A stretch of DNA of 64,000 nucleotides from Tubiluchus corallicola (taxonomy: Eukaryota; Animalia; Priapulida). Both the position numbers and the translations under genes were made by a program. The stretch is from positions 186,001-250,000 of the forward strand of contig JAQGDQ010000218.1 in assembly GCA_030141605.1 (NCBI GenBank). The letters run 5' to 3'. Below are positions 1 to 13,995 of this stretch, in pieces. The stretch's first letter is position 1. The number at the start of each line of letters is the position of its first letter. Below the pieces are notes generated by a model. The model was not told the origin of the DNA. It did not search any database and was given only the letters and a program-made list of their open reading frames with translations.

Positions 1-1
1 T

Positions 2-151
2 AAGGGCTACGAAACCAGTGTAGGAGAGAGGGGTGCACAACTGAGTGGTGGGGAAAAGCAAAGAGTAGCGATCGCTAGAGCGTTGATTCGGAACCCGAGA
101 GTACTTATCTTAGATGAAGCCACCTCTGCTCTAGATACAGAAAATGAACGG
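2..151 (+). CDS. ABCB1: ABCB1/P-glycoprotein-like ABC transporter, penultimate exon (NBD2, 5'-truncated by the window edge)
   Basis: Frame from base 2 reads [50 protein letters not shown] (ABC signature, Walker B, D-loop). GTGAGA donor at 152. Confidence 0.92.
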
Positions 152-444
152 GTGAGAAGTTTCTTTGTTAGGACTTGATTCTGATTTCAAGATTGTGAAC
201 GGCCGTATGGACTCAACTATTATTAGACAGATTAGCTATATACAATTGGCTCTGGCTGACTTTTAAACAACGTTTGTGAATAAACTTGAGCTAAATTTTC
301 ATCAAGGTGACTGTTATTAATCTCGTTTGAATTAAATTAACTAATTCAGTAAAAAATTAACTTAAAATTCAAAATGAAAGTCTAGTATAGCAAAGGCACA
401 ACTCTTATCTACTAATTCTACTGTTTTTTATCTTTACTCTATAG

Positions 445-717
445 GTTGTGCAGGAAGCGTTGGATAAGGCACAGCAAGGCCGAACGTCTATCGTTGTGGC
501 ACACCGATTTTCAACTATTCAAAACGCTGATAAAATAGCAGTCATCCACAATGGCAAAGTAGTAGAAACGGGCACGCATAGATCCTTAATAGAATCAAAA
601 GGACGTTATTATCAACTGTACACATCTCAGTCGCCAGAGGATATGCAAATGTCGCTCGAACACGAGCGAAATACAAAAAAATTGAAAGATGTCCATATAA
701 TTGATACGCGGATGTAG
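445..717 (+). CDS. ABCB1: ABCB1/P-glycoprotein-like ABC transporter, last exon
   Basis: Polypyrimidine tract plus AG at 443-444, phase 0. Reads [45 protein letters not shown]...IIDTRM* (H-loop). The junction ENER|VVQEALD mirrors ABCB1 ESEK-VVQEALD. Confidence 0.92.
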   Translation, partial: VVQEALDKAQQGRTSIVVAHRFSTIQNADKIAVIHNGKVVETGTHRSLIESKGRYYQLYTSQSPEDMQMSLEHERNTKKLKDVHIIDTRM

Positions 718-2959
718 CGGAACAGCAATTATTGTTGGCATCATAAACAAGCGAATTTTTACTTAAATCTATTTATTAGATCTTATATCTACGGACCTAA
801 ATCATACCTTTGAAAAACAATCTATGACACCTTATCTGTAGGCTGCTACAAAAGGTGCTCGTTTCAGGGACGCAGCATCCTTTTCGTATAAGCACGTAAA
901 CATAGCACCTACAAAAGGGGTACCTAGAACAAATTGCAAAAAAAAAATTTTTTTAGATTATGTTGGAACATATTTTCAGCTACCCTCAACAAAAAATACA
1001 TCCAATATACATACAACAACAACGCATACATCCAAGATGGCGCATACTGAGGCCAAAAATCCATTATACCTCCTAAACCATGAAGTCTAGACGAAAAATA
1101 TGCATTATCGACAGATCGGAAAGGAAAGTGCACTCCAGGATTCCAAAAATGGTAAAGTTTTTAATACATGACGTCATGATGACATCACAGTACTATTATG
1201 CAATTAAAATATTACTATCATTAATAAAATTCCGACACCATCACAATAATGTTACCATCACTATATTCCAATGGCCAACTCGAATAAGTATAGGAGTCAC
1301 TATATGCTCCGTTCACATGTATAATCACTGACAGGTACTTTAAGCATGATTATGTAATCACATGGCATTCTTTATTTTTTTCATTTTTGCACGAAAACGA
1401 GATTTTTTGCCAACAGCACCAGCATGGACATCTGAAAGAGGGTAACAAAGAGAATTTTCAGATAAAAAATGAAAGTAAGACCTGCTTAATATCACCAAAC
1501 TTGGATGAGTGATAACAGATAGACTCGACACTGGAAATGCTTTGAAAAATCGATTAGTTTATTACATGTGTACCTTTATTATTAGGCTTAATAGACACTT
1601 TGATCATGATTATGGGCAGATTTTGATCAAATGGCCGCTTTTTCTATTTAAACTTATGTCAAAAATCTCGGCTAAAAGGTTTAGCTTAGGGTACCTGAGA
1701 GGCACCCAGCTCGAGTTATAATGATTGGACAGACATATTGATTCCTTTTAACTTAATACTTAATTCCGAATAAAAGTAAACAGCTATAGAGATGATTTTA
1801 AAGCCTTAAATGGTTTGAGAGGCGTTCATTTTTATTTAAAATCAGACTATTTGTTAAATCATCGGCATTGTTTTTTTCAATATCTTTTTCTTTTACTTCT
1901 GACTTCCATCTAACTCGAAAGTACGCCACGCTGTTAGCACACAATTATTAAACGTTTTTTCTGTCTCTCTTTTTGATATCGGACTATTTTGTCGGACGCA
2001 GTACCACATCTTTATCCTATCTGACTTTCGTTTTAAAACGTTTTTTAAGGTCAAATTTTTGACAGACTTGGTTTACGCCTTTTATCTACATCAATTTTTT
2101 CCAATGATTAATTCGCTTCCTAGAAACGACAAAAAATTGACAAAAATGTTTCTCTGAAATTTTGTTTTGTCTTTGAAATTACCATTGTTTCGGAGAAAAA
2201 AGTGAACGTTTGATAAATCAGGAACATAAAACGCGAATCGGCAATCCATTCAGCTCTTTGTTTTTGTTAAAATCTGTATTTTCAACGTGATTACTACTTT
2301 GCTCCAGCAATGAATTAAACAAACTTTTTTCTTTCTGTGTATATTGTCGTGCGTATAGATAACACAACGTTATTTATTAGTAGGCATTTAATCAAAATTG
2401 ACATTATTTACAGAGATGATTCATATTTGTTACTAATATTTGCAACAGTATGATTTGTCGGTGTTGTTTGTTGTGTGAACAAAACTAAAATTAAATTAAG
2501 TTAAATCGGCTATATTAACAACATTTACTTCATAAATAATGACATTCTTAAATTAAAACCATGAATTAAAATACTGTAAAATGATAATATGATAATCATA
2601 TGTAGATTGGCCATTATTGGAGTTATTTTTGCATTTTATGTAATGATAACCATGACGTATTTACACATTTTAACTGATTTATATATGTATGTTCTATATT
2701 TATTTAAAAATAATAAAATAAGGGGCTGTTTATCATAAATCAGCTATTAAATAACTTAGTTTTAAACTTTTTACTGATGTAGATATGAATTGATCATTGA
2801 ATCAGTTTATGCTGACGATAGAACTTGCAGCATCTAGCGCCTAGCTTCAAATCTCTGTCTTTTGCAGAAAAAGTACATACGATATAGATGATATTACAAA
2901 CCACAAATAATTAACTTTGATAGGAAACTTAAAGAAAGAAAATTTGAAAAAGCTGAAAT

Positions 2960-3024
2960 CTAGCCGGGATTTGAACCAGGACGTTCTGATTACATTGCAG
3001 ACACCTTATACCAGTAAGCCACCG
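2960..3024 (-). mobile_element. tRNA-derived (SINE-head-like) fragment with Pol III A/B boxes
   Basis: Minus strand reads GGTGGCTTACTGG (A box) ... GGTTCAAATCCC (B box). No acceptor stem forms. Similar fragments near 26050-26120 and 35480-35530. Confidence 0.45.
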
Positions 3025-3869
3025 ATGTTCCACGAATTTGGTTGTTTTGGTTTTCACTTGGGCCAGTTATTTCTTTACTTAATTATTTTCTGTTTCATTT
3101 TTGAAACGATTCTAGCGCTTCGTGATTGATTTTAAATAAGTGATGAATGCTACACTTGACAGGCATATTCCTCAACCGGTCTAATGCACAGTATTTATCG
3201 TTATCATTTGTCTGCTTTTTTCAGTAGTCTTAGACTTAAATTTTTAGCCGGATTTAGTCTGTCTTCAAGATTAGGTAGTGAAATGGATGATTTCAGGCGA
3301 GTTATTTTTAAACTTGAACGTTACCATCAGTTTTGCATAATTTTTCTGAACTTTCCTTTGTCAGCGAGAAAAAACGATAAACAAGCATTTTCGAAAATCT
3401 AATATCATGACTTGAGATGCTATCTCAGAAAATTTTTACATATTTCTTGTTATTGGTTGGAAACAATTTGTAAACCTAAAATCTAATCTCTTTTAAAACT
3501 CTGCTAAAACCTAAAACCTACAATCTCTTTCAAAACTCTGCTAAATTACTGGTGACCGAAATAAGCCTCAGATCTTTAAGTAAAATGGGCATAGGAATAA
3601 GAATTACGTACGCTGATTTTCAAAAATTAGGCAAGTGACTTTGCCGTGCACTACTTATTTAAATAACACAATTACTTATAGCACGGAGTAAATCAGTTAA
3701 AATTTATTCAAATAAAACAATTTTTAAGACTGTTACATCAATCTTAAGCTCCCAGCTTATAAAATACCTAGACGTGATTGGCATTCTTTTGCTTAGCCTA
3801 TCTTTCACTTATCGTGTAACTTCGTCAATGCTCATTTTCGTAAAACAAATTTACCTTGATGAGTACCGC

Positions 3870-4990
3870 CATCATTCCATTATTTGAGAATATATGTCAC
3901 TTCTCCAGTAAACAAACCGTCAGTGGTACAGGTCACCAGTAGTACATTTTGCTAGTGGCACAGTTCGCCAGTATACATTTAGCTAGTAGTACATTTCACC
4001 ATTATTATTTCTTTGCTGTGTTATCACCTTATTCTTTTGAACAAAATGTTTCATTTCACAAGTTGTACCTGGCCACAAGCCACATCACCGCTAGTAAAAT
4101 TTCTTTACTATATTCCAACCGTCTAGCTTTCCATTTAACAGATGTTTCAGTTCGCCGGTGTACATTAGGTTAGTCTAAGCATAATTAAGTCTAAGCACTA
4201 TTAGCTAGTCTTAATTAACTTCATGGCTGTATTATTTGTGCCAATGCACACTTCGATTTATTTTTTCCGTGCACGTGGATATAATGGACTCTGGGATGTA
4301 TAATTTATAATTAAAAACTATATACAATAAGAACTAAAATAATAAAAGTGCCTACAACTTAATAAATGAGAATCTCTTTAAAAACTGACAAACTTACTAA
4401 CAAACTCAATAAATAGGAAAAAATCAAGTGACTGAGGCGAAATGACCTTTCATAGGCACTTTAAAGCACTGCCAATCAGCAGCAGAAAAATCAGGTACCG
4501 TAAGTGTCTAAAAATCATTCGTGATTTGATCTTTACTTTTTGTTATACAGCAGTATAGATAACCAGAAAGAATGAGCATAATAATTGGCATTTCACATAT
4601 CACAAATATCATACTTCTTGTGAACGAATTTCGATGATCGATCGCTGGCAAAATATGACACATTGATGTCATATTTATATTAACAGCAAATTATAAATGT
4701 AATAAATACACTGCCAAAACGAAACACTTGCTAAATAGAAAAGTAAAGTAAATGACATGGAATATAGCAGAGAAATTTATTGACGAAATGCAAAACTGGC
4801 GAAATGAAACATTTTGTTAAAGGAACACGTTCGTAACGCATAGCAGGGAAATTTTACTGGCGCAATATAGCACTGGCGAACTATACACTGGAGATCTATA
4901 CCACTAGCGAAATGAACCAATGGCAAACCGTACCACTGGTGAAAACTACAAACGGCGAAATGTCAGCTGACGAAATGAGTGGATGCCGTT
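3870..4990. mobile_element. Foldback/MITE-like element with inverted arrays of short (~18-bp) repeat units
   Basis: Left units such as GTACATTTTGCTAGTG and CAGTTCGCCAGTA (3900-4165) are the reverse complement of right units such as CACTGGCGAACTA and ACTAGCGAAATG (4790-4985). Termini and TSD not resolved. Confidence 0.55.
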
Positions 4991-5392
4991 CTTTGAGACG
5001 GTGAATGTTAGGAACTTACTCGGCCATACACGCTACGACGCTGAAATCTTCTTTATTAGGCGCGTTCCCCGTAATGAAAATGTGAAAATTGCCATGCGAA
5101 TTGGCTTCAGCGAGTTTTATGCTTCAGTGAAGATTCAGTAGAGCTTATAATACGTTTTTACTGTTTATATGCATGCGCAATGTTGCGTTTTGCTCGTCTC
5201 ATAAAACATTTCAGAAGGTATAACGATTTTTTCCTTTCAAAGGTATTTCGTCATTTTCCCATTTGTTTATATGACGGAAAACAAGAACCAAAAGATATCC
5301 AAACATAAATCTGCGATCGATGGGCGTTTGTGAAGGATTGTCTGCTTCGACCGACAGCGCTGCTAACACGAAAGCATAAATTCTACTGGGAC

Positions 5393-5478
5393 AATCATCA
5401 TCATCATCGTCGCCGTCGTCGTCGTCGTCGTCGTCGTCATCATCATCCTCATCATCATCATTATCATCATTATTCATT
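5393..5478. repeat. (TCA/TCG)n trinucleotide microsatellite
   Basis: Directly visible; explains the poly-Asp ORF 5211-5477. Confidence 0.9.
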
Positions 5479-7084
5479 TCATCCTATTTAGATTTCACCA
5501 CATTGCTGCTGTGGCTGTTCACAAAACGTCGCTATCATGGTTGTTGCAGCTTCAGTTTATCTGCTTTTGAGTCAAAGTTGACAAAGTCATTGCCCCACAT
5601 CAGGATAAGGTATCACTTTTATTAAGTTCTAAGATCAAAGGCAATTAAAACGTTATTACACAGTTACAGAGTACAGAAGGCTAATCTAACTCAGCTACCT
5701 AATTTAGCTAACTGATGGTCCGTTCAAGAATCACACAGGAAATGTTACAACAGGTCGCAACATGGGGACCAATTTCGTAACGCTAAACACGTCACGTACA
5801 TTGCACATGAAATACGTCATATACTTCGATCATATCGTCATATACGTTAAATGCGTATTAAAAGACTCATCACTCTCTTCATCGCTTAAAATAGCAGCAA
5901 GAGAACCAAAGTGTGGTTTATCGTCTGATTTTTCCTGTGTGACTAGTTACGTATAACAAGGAGATTAGTGACACAAAATTAACTGCAAGACGTCGCAGCG
6001 CATAAAGCTGCGCTTTCTTAACGATATTTTAAGATGTTCCGTATCAGTTAAATCTATTTTTGTGGTTACAGTAGTCAAATGAATTGCATTCTTATTTAAA
6101 ACTTCATTTGTGCGCCATTAGTTTTGACTATTTTTTCAATTTTTAACAGGGTTAACTAACAGGGCTGCCCAAACTCCATGTTAGGATATCGTTCTAGAGG
6201 GATTCCCATGAAATCAGAAGGCTTTACTCTCCTAGATTAAACACATTCAATTTTACCAATAACTTTCATCAAAAGTGTCATAATTTTTCTATGTTTAAAG
6301 TTCCCCGTGCTCAAACTGCATTTGATTAAAAATCATGTTTAATTTTTCGTTTCTTCTATCGCCCTACCTAAGGTGTTCTTGTGACCGAATATTTCCCGAG
6401 GCTAAACTGTTTTACATTCACATTTTTATCTAAATTGTTTAAAACTTTTCTACGACTAAACTTTTTTATGTCCAAGCTTGGTTGTGCATAAACAACGTGT
6501 TCAAACGCCCATGCAAACAAACTGATTTGCACCTAAATTTCACTTTTCCCTTCATGTCTTGTCTAATTTCCCTCGTACCCACATTTACCTTTGATGCCAA
6601 ACATTTTGCGTCTCGACACTCTATGTTTTAGCCTGGGATGAAAATTTCCAAAACGCTTATCCGAATCAACAAGTGTAGCGCTCTGATAATAATATAAGAT
6701 CGGAATATTTTAATGACAGCGGTCTTAGTTATGGCGATAGACGGTAATATTTTCATTCACCTTTTCTCTTTCACTCGGAGAATTTAGCTATAATAGCTTC
6801 TGCTACAACTTGATTTCGTTCTGACTGTGAATCACACAAGCAAATGTGACTATTATGCTGAGCACATTTGAAAGTTTGTCGAAGGCAAATCGGCTTCTAA
6901 ACCCGACATGCATATTTACTCTTCAAAGTAAGCATGCAAAATTGATAGTAGCTTATATCTCTGTGTGTGGAAATGCAAAGATCAGAATGACTTCTGTATT
7001 GAACACAGAATTTAAATTATTCACTTTGTGATTATTGTGCCCTAACAGATCAAATGTGGCATGACTTTGAATATAATGTCACCA

Positions 7085-7305
<221 letters not shown>

Positions 7306-9780
7306 ATCTATCTTTTAGCCGCTGCGGATTCTTCCTCTAATTTCACTCTCGCTGCACCCCTTAAATCTTCTGGTTTTTCTCTTTTGCTTGCTGGCTGTTT
7401 GCTTTCAAGCCCACGGTCTTCCGGTCTGTCAGTCTTTTTCTTTGTATACCCTTCTCTCCTACTATTTCATTCATTTTCGGTTTTTATTTTTTCTGCTTCT
7501 CTCTCTGATTGTTTCTCTTGCTTTCTCTCATGCTAGTGGTGGATTTCTGACTGGCTGTACGTACAGATCTCTAGTGTCTGAAGTGAAATTTTATAGCAAG
7601 AGTTGCCAATAATTATCTTATTCCCAAAATTACGTCAAAACTTTCAAGAACCGGATAGCCCTGGTGTGCTCGATTTTAGTGCTGTAACGACTGACACAAT
7701 AGTCAATAAGTATCAAATTATTGTACATAAAAGTGAAAATAATTATGATATATTACTGGATAAATGTAAGTCGATTAAGATTGGAAATAAATGTGCTTGG
7801 CCTGATAATAGTAATTGAGTGGAGCATTTGAATCGATATTGTGAACATTAATTGCAATGTCAGACGTCGTTTGTCTGGTCTGAACACTGATTAAAATAAT
7901 TTGTAATTGAATGGGATATATTTAGGAAGATAGAAAACTATCTTTATACGAAGATATCTAGGGGTCAGCCATCATCAGTTAGTTACCACGATTTCTGTTT
8001 TTATTGATATTTCTGCCGTCGGCTTCACGCCAACAGGATAATTGCAATAACCCCTAAACGGTTTGAACCAGAGCTATCGGTGAGCGACAGGCCTCGGCTC
8101 CAACGCCACATCCTTTTAATAGACTACAAAACCAAAAGCTTGGAGGGGCACATTAAGCCACATTGACTCCACTAACAGTTGAACGGAAGAGTAAAATTTG
8201 AAACCATTATTCTCTTAGTATTTTGAAAATGTAAACGAAGCTTTATGATCGAAATTGATTGTACTTAACAAACAAGTACAAACAGAAAGCACAAAGGGCA
8301 ATCTACCCTTAAGGGTGATTTCAAGGGGTTAACGTTGGACGACGTCCTGGGGCTCAGGGCAGGCTTGCGCTGTTTAGCATTTAAGCTATCTCCAGCAACC
8401 ACTGACACAGCAAACACGAAAAGAGAGAAAGTGTTAACGAATTGACATCTTGCCGTGGAGTCCAGTGGTTGCTAGTGCCCAGGGCGAAAAGTTGAATCCT
8501 AAAAGCTAGCTTGTTCTAAAGTCTGGGGGAGACCTAAGCAATAAAGAAAAAGAATAAAAAGTTAGTGCAACAGAAAGACTAAAAATCATCGAATCGACAA
8601 AATAAGTTGCCGGGATCAAGAAGAACAAGGGAGTTAGAACATCATCATCATCATACCGCCCTTATGGTATTGAGCGATCGTTTCGAATTTGTTACTGCAG
8701 TTAACACAGAAGAGTGAACAATATTTTCTACTATAATTAGTTTCTACTATTGTTATAATTAAAGTGGTATAAGAATTTATAAGTATAATCTTTTTCTACT
8801 TGCCTTTAATTATTTCTACTATACAAATATAAAATCATTGTTTTGCCTGTTTTTTGCTCTTCTTACTATTAAAATGCAGTACGTACCTATAATCGTCAAG
8901 TTGGTATGGCCTAAGACCTAGCTAATTCTGTTTATTTGTGAATTGCGCACAGTCGTAAAATACTACGTTTGAGAAAAAATATTATGTTCGGGGAACTTAC
9001 CAATTACAATATATATCTGAAACGTCATGTTTGGGAAAGTAAAACTAGTGCCGTGTTTCTGCAGCTAAGTAGAAGCACAATGAGTATCTGTAGAGAAAAA
9101 CACAACGTTCTACATTTCTTCCCAATTATTATACTTAGTGCACTGATAAAACTAAACTACGCTAGTGATCTATAGAGTGTCTTTTTAAGCCGTTTCTTTA
9201 AAAATATCTTTAAATCATCCGTGGCCAGTTACGTATTATATATATATATATATAATGCTCTATCTTAAAGTAAATTATCGCAGTTTATAGTGCAAAAAAA
9301 CACATTCAGTGTCTTTAAATTAATCGACGTGTGTAGGCACAAACAATAACCATGCGTACAAAAGGACAATGAAGCCAGTAAGATAAACTTGGCTTCATAA
9401 AGTGTTCTAACGACAAGCTGAAAGTGCTCTTGCCATTCCGCGTAGAGCACAACAAACACAATAATCAGCAGGCGTGAGCAGAATCAGCCTCTCTTTTGTG
9501 CAGTGGTTTCAATTGACAACGCCGAAGGCAAGCATAGTTCGGCCGAGAGAGTGAAGCCAAGAGCTGAAACGCCTTACTCTTACTGTGCAAGTGATCTGCG
9601 TTGAATTACAGTAAATGCCAGTGGTAGCGGCTCAACAAAATCAGTTGATAGTGTTGTTTAAATAAGGAACTTAGTAACAAGTTGGAACACTATGACTGAC
9701 AGAGCAGATTTTTTACGTTTTCTTTGATACGCAGTGCCACTTGTGTAGTGTATAACGTATTACTCATTTAACCTACTACT

Positions 9781-10244
9781 TGAGTGACGTATATGTTTTT
9801 CATTGAGTATAAGCAATTTGTAAGAGAACTCCATGTAATGTGCTTTAATCAGATATATGCAGCTCCAGTCTTAAGGCCGCCGTCTGGCATTTGAAATTTT
9901 ATATTATCGTTGGCCTATAGTGCTGCACAGTAGTACAGGACTGCATTGGTGAAGAAATTCATTTTTGATGTCATTTTTATTATTTAACCTACTTTTGATC
10001 TTCAAATCTGAAATGAGTGACGTATATGTTTTTCATAGAGTATATGCAATCTGTAAGAGAACTCCATGTAATGTACTTTAACCAGATATATGCAGCTCCA
10101 GTCTTTAGGCCGCTGTCTGGCATTTGAAAATTATATTTTCGTTGGCCTATAGTGCTGCACAGTAGTACAGGACTTCATTGGTGAAGAAATTCATTTTTGA
10201 TGTCATTTTTATTATTTAACCTACTTTTAATCTTCAAATCTGAA
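9781..10244. repeat. Tandem duplication of a ~233-bp unit (2 copies) at the left end of the Academ-like element
   Basis: TGAGTGACGTATATGTTTTTCAT...CTTCAAATCTGAA starts at both 9781 and 10014, with few substitutions. Confidence 0.92.
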
Positions 10245-13200
10245 GTAGCCGCCATCAGCCATTTTAGATTATGAATATTAAGTAGTGTGGCTTACAAAGT
10301 TGCATCGTATATGATGATGTCTGAGACAATTTGGGGTAAAGAAGTTGTATTTGATTTCATTTTATGGTATAGCCTACTTTTGTCCTTCAAATCTATTTTA
10401 GATTTTATGTTTTAAGTGGTTTGGCCAATATGTGCTTTTGGGACCTTTAGGATTGAAGAATTGATGTCTGATGTCGTTTTGATGATTTGAAACAATTAAA
10501 CTGCAAATGGACAGCAAAAACTGCAAAGAGGTCTACTGTGTTAGAACTTACTGTTATATGATGTTCGTGCCTTTGCGCACAACGAAGCCCAGTATTCGAG
10601 ACTTAAGCAAAGAAATCTGCTTTTAATTTTTCATTTCGGTATGTTTTGAAAATTTATCAGCAACTTAACTTGCGCGACATGGCATGAATGATTAATCTTT
10701 GACAAATCTGCTGATTTTCCACACTTGTTCTTCTTATCATCATCACTGCTAGCACCAATACTTTCATTTAAACAATATTAGCAAGTATGAACTGCTGGCA
10801 CAAGCGGGAAGGGTGTGGCGCACTGGTCGGTATTACGGCCTTCATAATTTCCATGCAGTCACGACTAAGGAGAATGAATGTTCTACCAGGGTATAATTAA
10901 CTTGACATTATGAGATGTAGTTCGTCTATTCCTCATAGTGACCCAGCACTTCATCATCAGGCATAAGGCGGATCATACTTCACTTCTTCCACTTGAACGC
11001 TGTGGTTTGCCAACAGGACCTGATTATGGCTTCATTGTGGAGAGAATAAAATTTGGAGCGAACAAGTGTTTTTTTATATTTACTTTTACTTCGTCTGCTG
11101 GGTTTCAGACTTTCATCTATTCGTCTGAGGAACCTTTTCACCTCGGCGTCAGTGATCACCTTCTCCAACACTTGCTTTTTCCAATGCCCACAGAACCCTA
11201 CTGTGTGGTCACTGGCAACATATGGCACGTCAGATGGTAGCAACCACGTGGATGGACATGGAAAACTATGACGATATCTGCAGCCTCTTCTATTCTGGCA
11301 GTTGATTAATGCATGCTTTCATTTAATTAGCAAAGATTGGAACTGTTCTCAGATGTAAGCCGCTGTGATATTCACTTGAGTGTCCTCGATGTCTAGGACA
11401 TCAATTCATTTTTGATGTAATTTTTATGATTTCCCGGTCATCAGCTCAGCGTAGGCAGAGAGCAGTGTTGTATGCTTCAGACCGCATGAAGGCGTAGTCA
11501 GGAACTCTCACCTATAGTGTTCAGGTTAGTTGACGTCTCCCTGTCACAGTATATGATGTCACCTTGCATTTGATCAACTTGAGTTTTCAATTATTCCTTC
11601 ACGAGATTTCTTCACCGAATTGACCATTAGCTTCTTGAAATCAGTAGCATCTTTAGCTCAGTATCATTGAGCTCATTATCTTTAATGATGAAAGGAAGGT
11701 CCTAGCTGTCATTGACCAGAATGATGTGGCATGCATCCTTGATTCAGTGTGGTGCAATAAGATAATAATACAGACTTTAATCAGGTAATCACTCTAGCGG
11801 TACTCTGAAGTTTTATGTCCCCGAAGCAGAACTCTGGTACAACAATTCCATAACAACCTCAAAACAATTCCAAGAGTAAACAAAAACATAAGTTAATCAA
11901 CTGCTATGCCATGCTCCAAAAAGAAGCTACAGATATCACCATAGCTTTCCATGTAATCACCAGCAATGACCACACAGCAGGCCTGTATGAGCGTGAGCAG
12001 CAGCGACTATTGGAAACGGGGATTCCTGACCCTGAGGCGAGGGAGCACCTCAGACAAGCAGATGAGAGTCTTGAAGGATACGTCCTGCTTCCTACATAAG
12101 AAAGCATGTTGACCACCATGAAGAATGGATGAACTGTATGTTATATTGTCAAATTTTCATATTGCCATATTGCAAATGGAGTATAACATTCATCCGCTTT
12201 GGCCATGGTTGCATTTAAAACAAGAATGGGAAGAGTCAGCCATAATGACGCACCCTTCAACACTTGCGCCAGAACCAGTTCACACCTCGTTAATACTGTT
12301 CAGATGAAAGTACTGAAGACGCCGTATGTCCGTTCCGTCTATTGTAGACATTGGGCATGCAGAACTCTAAAATAATAGAAATCTGCCCCTAAGACAGGAA
12401 AACACAGCAATTAATCCAGCAAAAAACTAGACACCACTACGCCAGTGGCTTGTCAGTACCACTTCCGATTCTAGTGATGCTGACGATTCTGACGACAATA
12501 GTGATGCTGAGCAAAGCAAGTGAAGAGAATCAACAGATTCGGAAGAAAAGTAGTTGTCCATACAATATCGGGTAGGTTAAGCTGTTGCTAAAATATCGAA
12601 ACATACCAAAAAAGAACAATTCTCTTGCTAATTCGTAACTCTCGCAACTTGTTGCGCAACAAGTCATGAGAGAACTCTCTATGCTGAACGCTTCACAAGT
12701 TTGGTTTTTAGTCGGCTGTTTGATATCCTAATATAGCCTACATTTATACCCACAATTATATATCTGACAATACGGTGGACTTATTGAATGACATTAGCAA
12801 TAAAATAGGTCAAAATATGTATTCTTTGATCCCATTTGTCTCAAAAACAATATACTGTTTTGTAGGCCAAACACTTAAAACATAAAATAGAAAATGGTGG
12901 CTATTTTAGATTTGAAAGTCAAAAGTCGATCAAATCATAAAAATGACATCAAAAATGAATGCTTGACTAGAACGTTCTAGAAACCTTATACTGTGCAACA
13001 CTATAGGCCAAATCAGTCAAAAGATAGTTTTCAAAATGCCCGATGATGGCCATTTTGGATTTTGGCTTCTTGCACAGTTTGTTCAGATTTTTGCGAATGA
13101 CATGGGGCTAAATTGTTTTATTTAACCTTTATAAAAGACAAATCCGATGAGACGAATATTCGGTCTCCCGGTTCATGGACTGCTGAAAGTAACACAGCTA
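9781..13200 (+). mobile_element. Decayed Academ-like DNA transposon
   Basis: 10141-10256 is an imperfect inverted repeat of 12894-13012. Transposase remnants on +: VLAVIDQNDV (DTDV-like), INCYAMLQKEATDITIAFHVITSNDHT (FHAxTGxD-like H3TH motif), VLLPT, then a Cys-rich and acidic tail. The right end at 13200 reads 5'-TAG on the minus strand. Left boundary uncertain. Confidence 0.55.
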
Positions 13201-13995
13201 CGTAAGTAGTTGGGCAATCAAATTCTGGGCACTTACAGTAAAAAAAGAGGTGGACAAATAATTATGGACGTAGCTGATGACCTTGTGTATGTGGTTAAAT
13301 GCCATAGGACCATATAGGACCGATGTCATAGGTCAATGTCATATTTACAACCTATAAACTGCAAGAATTTGATCTTACATTCAGATAATTAACAATGCCA
13401 GGTGGGGAATTGAATTTAACGAGGTACTCGGTGACCTAGAGTAGGTTGTTTTGGAACTTAAAAAGTGTAATATACAATGACAGTGAGGAAAACAAATTTT
13501 AATCGTGTAATTTGCGACTTTGAGTGGGTGACTCGATGTCAAAGGTCATTCATAATAATAAAACAGCAAGAAATTTGGACGGTTTTTGCCTCCACTTAGG
13601 TAACTTATAGTACCAGATTGAGACATATGGGGTAGTTGGTGTCCATGAATGGAACAAAGGTCTTTACGTGACCAAATTTGGAAAAGCTTGATACAAAAAC
13701 ATACTGAACATGATTTAACAGTGTTATGTTTCCACTGAGTACTGAATAAGGCTAAATGTGAAATAATGTAAATACTTACTTGCTTACATGGGGTATACAA
13801 GAGCAGTGTTTAATGATTATAAATCAGTTTCCAGAGCACCCTGTAATGCTTTCACGAAAAGATGTGTAAATCAGAACAGCCAAGTGTCGGCGTATGTTCG
13901 GCTGAATATGAAAAAGAAGAAAACTTAGCATATATGCTCGTTTTGATCATAGTATACATGAGGGAAATACGTATGTCTCCACTGAGGCTACACAA

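Noticed and set aside
2960-3024. Functional tRNA gene
   Set aside because: No acceptor stem, mismatched T stem and a 9-nt anticodon loop.
5211-5477. Poly-Asp ORF
   Set aside because: Trinucleotide repeat with no recognisable domain or splice support.
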